This document shows, piece by piece, positions 60,946 through 64,000 of a DNA stretch of 64,000 nucleotides (position 1 is its first letter; each line of letters starts with the position of its first letter). The notes under the pieces were generated by a model. That model saw only the letters and a list, made by a program, of their open reading frames with translations. It was not told the origin of the DNA and ran no database searches. A program made the translations under genes and the position numbers. Origin of the DNA: Candidatus Eiseniibacteriota bacterium (GTDB taxonomy: Bacteria; Eisenbacteria; RBG-16-71-46); assembly GCA_963707915.1 (NCBI GenBank), contig OY970178.1, positions 1,056,001 through 1,120,000 on the forward strand. Direction: 5' to 3'.

Positions 60946-63645
60946 TCACGTGCGCGCCCCGAGCAGCTCGAGCGCGTCGAGCCGCCGGCCGTTCGCGACC
61001 GCCCACAGGACCGTGCGCTCGACGTCCACGGTGCGGACGTCCGCCCCGGGGAAGAGCCGGGCGACGATGTCGTCGGGGCGGACCTGCCCGCGCGGGATGA
61101 AGAGCGCGTGCACCTCCAGCACCGCCGGCGTCTCGGCGCTGGAGGTCTCGAGGGCGACGAGGGAGGAACGGGCGTCGAATTCGCGGATCTGTCCCTCGCT
61201 CTGCCGGCGCACGATGAGGTGCTCCTGCGCGAGCAGCCCGGCGATGCGCGTCCCGAGCTCGGCGCGGAGCTGCTCCGGCGCGACGCCGGTCTCCGCGAGG
61301 AACCCGCCCGGGAAACGAACCCGGTACGACGCGCCCTCGAGCTGGCTCATGAGCGAAGGCGTCTTGAAGAGGATGGGTCGGAAGGCCAGCACCTGGAGCG
61401 ACCCCGGCAGCACCGCGTTGAGCCTCTCGGCCAGATCCACGGCGGGCGGACGGGCGAACTCCAGGTCGAAGACCTCGGCCCGGGAACGGTACCCCAGGGG
61501 CAGCGGCGGCCCGAACGACATGCGGATGTGCGGGTGATGCCCCTGGCTGAAGGCGAGCGGAAGCCCCGAACGACGCAGGGCCCGCTCCCATGTGCGCATG
61601 AGATCGAGATGCGAGGTGAAGCGCTGCTCGATCCCCTTCTCGAAGAGGATGCGGAACCGGGTGCTCGAGGCGACGCTCGAGACCGGCGGCCCGTTGGTGC
61701 GCGACGCCGGCGCGGCCGCGCCGGCCGGGCGCCGGCGCGCGCTGCGCCCGAAGGCGGGCGGGGCGACCGCGGCCCGCGCCTGCTCCAGGTCGAGCGGCGG
61801 GTGCGGCTGCCGGAACCCGGGACGCTGCTCGCAATCGGTCACGCCGCAGGTGAAACAGCGGTTGTCGAGCCGGCAGTCCTCGGTGACGAGGCCGAGCGCC
61901 GAGCGCTCCCGTTCGCGCATCAGGAAGCGCCGCGTCACCGGCGACTGCACCACGTCCCAGGGCTGGTCGACGTCCGGCGAACGCTCCACCAGGGCGCGCT
62001 CGGGGTCGAGGCCGTGGTCGCGGAAGACCTGCAGCCAGGTGTCGAAACGCAGGTGCTCGCTCCAGGCGTCGAAGCGGCAGCCGCGCCGCCAGGCCTCCTC
62101 CACCATCCCGCCCATGCGGCGGTCGCCGCGGGTGAACACGCCCTCGAGCAGCGAGGTCTCCGCGTCGCGGTACTTGAGCGTGACCGGCGTGCCCCGCGCC
62201 GCGGCGCGCAGCACGCCGAGCCGGCGCGCGAGCTCGGCGGTCGGGAGCTGCCCGGCCCAGGCGAACGGCGTGTGCGGCTTGGGCACGTGCGGCGAGACGC
62301 TGACGTTGACGTGGAAGTTCCGGCGGCCCTCGGCCCGGGCGCGCTGCCACGCCTTGACCGAGAGGTCGATGATCGCGTGCAGGTCCTCGTCGGTCTCGCC
62401 GGGCAGCCCGCACATGAAGTACAGCTTCACGCCGTTGTAGCCCTCGCGCGCCGCCGTGGCGACCGAGGCCAGCAACTCCGCCTCGGTGTGGTTCTTGTTG
62501 ATCGCGTCGCGCAGCCGCTGGCTCCCGGCCTCGGGGGCGAGGGTGAGGGAGCTCTTCTTCTGGCCCGCCAGCCGCCGCGCCAGCTCCGGCGGCAGGTTGT
62601 CGGGCCGGGTCGAGGGCAGCGCGATCTGCACCCGCGCCGGGCAGAGCTCGTCGGCCAGCGCGTTCACCATCCCGGTGATCTGGGTGTGGTCGGTGGAGGA
62701 CAGCGAGACCAGCGAGACCTCCTCGAGCCCGGTCGCCTGCAACCCGCGCAGCACCTCCTCCACGACCTGCTGGACCGGCTTCTCGCGCGCCGGACGGTTG
62801 ATCATGCCGGCCTGGCAGAAGCGGCAACCGCGGGTGCAGCCGCGCATAATCTCGACCGAGAGCCGGTCGTGCGTGATCTCGCCGACCGGCAGCAGGGGCG
62901 CGGCCGGGTACGATTCGCCGCGCAGCCGCGGCGTCCACACCGACTCCACACGCGCCGGGTAGCCGGGACGCGGCCGCGGCACGAGCCAGCCTTCGGGCGT
63001 CACCTCGCCGACGTAGCCGCCGGGCACGTAGACGCCGCGCACGCGGGCGAGCCGTCGCAGCAGGGCCGGACGGCCGGTCCGCTCCCGCTTCGCCTGCTTC
63101 ACCGCGTCCACGACCTCGTGGATGACGTCCTCGCCATCCCCGATGACGAACGCGTCCACGAACACGGCCATCGGCTCGGGGCTGAAGGCCTGCGTCCCCC
63201 CCGCGATGACCAGGGGATGGCGTTCGTCCCGGTCGGCGGAGCGCAGCGGCAGCCCGGCGAGGTCGAGCATCATCAGCACGTTGGTGTACTGCAACTCGTA
63301 CTGGAGGGAGAAGCCGATGACGTCGAACGACCGCGCGGGAGCGTGGGAGTCGAGCGAGAAGAGCGGGATCTCCAGCCGTCGCATCTCGGCCTCGGCATCC
63401 GGCCAGGGGGCGAAGACGAGCTCGGCGGCCGCATCGGGACGCTGGTTCACCACGTGGTGGATGATGCGGATGCCGAGGTTCGACATCCCGATCTCGTACG
63501 CGTCCGGGAACGCGAGCAGCACGCGCACCTCGGCCTGGCCCGGGGGCTTGCGCAAGGCAGGAGGCGAGCTGCCCAAGTACCGGTTGGGTTTCGAGATGCG
63601 CGGCAGCAACTCGTGCTGGATGCGGTCCGCGAGGGGACTCGTCAT
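60946..63645 (-). CDS. Radical SAM protein (TIGR03960-like) fused to radical-SAM-linked domain (TIGR03936-like)
   Basis: FPDAYEIGMSNLG, GCTRGCRFC, APEAGSQRLR, KLYFMCGLP, PKPHTPF; C-terminal SHLDLMR...RALRRSGLP. Confidence 0.9.
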   Translation of the reverse strand: MTSPLADRIQHELLPRISKPNRYLGSSPPALRKPPGQAEVRVLLAFPDAYEIGMSNLGIRIIHHVVNQRPDAAAELVFAPWPDAEAEMRRLEIPLFSLDSHAPARSFDVIGFSLQYELQYTNVLMMLDLAGLPLRSADRDERHPLVIAGGTQAFSPEPMAVFVDAFVIGDGEDVIHEVVDAVKQAKRERTGRPALLRRLARVRGVYVPGGYVGEVTPEGWLVPRPRPGYPARVESVWTPRLRGESYPAAPLLPVGEITHDRLSVEIMRGCTRGCRFCQAGMINRPAREKPVQQVVEEVLRGLQATGLEEVSLVSLSSTDHTQITGMVNALADELCPARVQIALPSTRPDNLPPELARRLAGQKKSSLTLAPEAGSQRLRDAINKNHTEAELLASVATAAREGYNGVKLYFMCGLPGETDEDLHAIIDLSVKAWQRARAEGRRNFHVNVSVSPHVPKPHTPFAWAGQLPTAELARRLGVLRAAARGTPVTLKYRDAETSLLEGVFTRGDRRMGGMVEEAWRRGCRFDAWSEHLRFDTWLQVFRDHGLDPERALVERSPDVDQPWDVVQSPVTRRFLMRERERSALGLVTEDCRLDNRCFTCGVTDCEQRPGFRQPHPPLDLEQARAAVAPPAFGRSARRRPAGAAAPASRTNGPPVSSVASSTRFRILFEKGIEQRFTSHLDLMRTWERALRRSGLPLAFSQGHHPHIRMSFGPPLPLGYRSRAEVFDLEFARPPAVDLAERLNAVLPGSLQVLAFRPILFKTPSLMSQLEGASYRVRFPGGFLAETGVAPEQLRAELGTRIAGLLAQEHLIVRRQSEGQIREFDARSSLVALETSSAETPAVLEVHALFIPRGQVRPDDIVARLFPGADVRTVDVERTVLWAVANGRRLDALELLGART

Positions 63646-63809
63646 GGGATCTGGGCTTCTCCGAAACGGAAGGCTGTGCCGGCCGCGGGCGGCGCCGCCC
63701 GGAGACCGGCCCCCGGCCTGGCGCGAGCGTGGCGGGGCATCCGCGGAGCGGGCCATCTCATGCGGCCGAGCCCTGCGCAGCGGGGCGCAGGGCTCGGCCC
63801 GGCGACGCC

Positions 63810-63838
63810 AAACTAGCACAGCCCCCCAAGGCTGCCAA
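63810..63838 (-). promoter_or_regulatory. Putative sigma-70 promoter for the radical SAM / rng unit
   Basis: TTGGCA, 17 bp, TAGTTT with extended -10 TG. Confidence 0.55.
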
Positions 63839-64000
63839 CCGCAATCAGGGCACCCGGTAGCGGCTCGCCCCGGCCGCGGACGCCCCGCCCGCGCGACGGT
63901 CCAGTCCGCTTCGCGAGGCCGGCCGCGGCGCCGAACGTCGGCGGCGCTTTGTTGTTGACTTCGCCCCGTGAGGCGGGAGTAGTTTCGGCCTGCGTGGCAT

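Noticed and set aside
63955..63985. Outward promoter TTGACT...TAGTTT
   Set aside because: 19-bp spacer, and the downstream gene is outside the window, so it cannot be supported.

Overview
High-GC (roughly 70-75% by eye) bacterial chromosomal window. It is from an LPS-making diderm; a FlgD-Ig C-terminal domain protein, a GWxTD protein and a lipoprotein-type LptC suggest an FCB-related lineage such as Ca. Eisenbacteria (inference). 41-64 kb is a housekeeping run on the minus strand: radical SAM fusion, rng/rne, rplU-rpmA, kdsB-pyrG-kdsA-kdsC-kdsD, lptC-lptB-rpoN-hpf-hprK, mannose-type PTS IIA-IID, HPr, EI, PGI/PMI, nucleotidyltransferase, metK. 1-32 kb holds a PP2C phosphatase, a membrane pyrophosphatase, an M16 peptidase pair, DinB, an aminotransferase, ahcY, a VapBC pair, secreted unknown proteins, a liu/atu-like acyl-CoA carboxylase cluster, an old yellow enzyme, and M28 and M14 peptidases. 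The most unusual segment is 32.8-37.2 kb. There, a small ORF resembling an exported precursor is translationally coupled to an ~827-aa TPR-type sensor / sigma-54 enhancer-binding protein whose sensor region is low in GC. That gene is split by a complete 1318-bp IS3-family element with a 4-bp target duplication. I propose it as a candidate peptide-sensing sigma-54 signalling module, which remains untested. Two sigma-54 promoter motifs are visible, one upstream of the operon containing rpoN. Two genes carry single-base frameshifts. No tRNA, rRNA or CRISPR array was seen.
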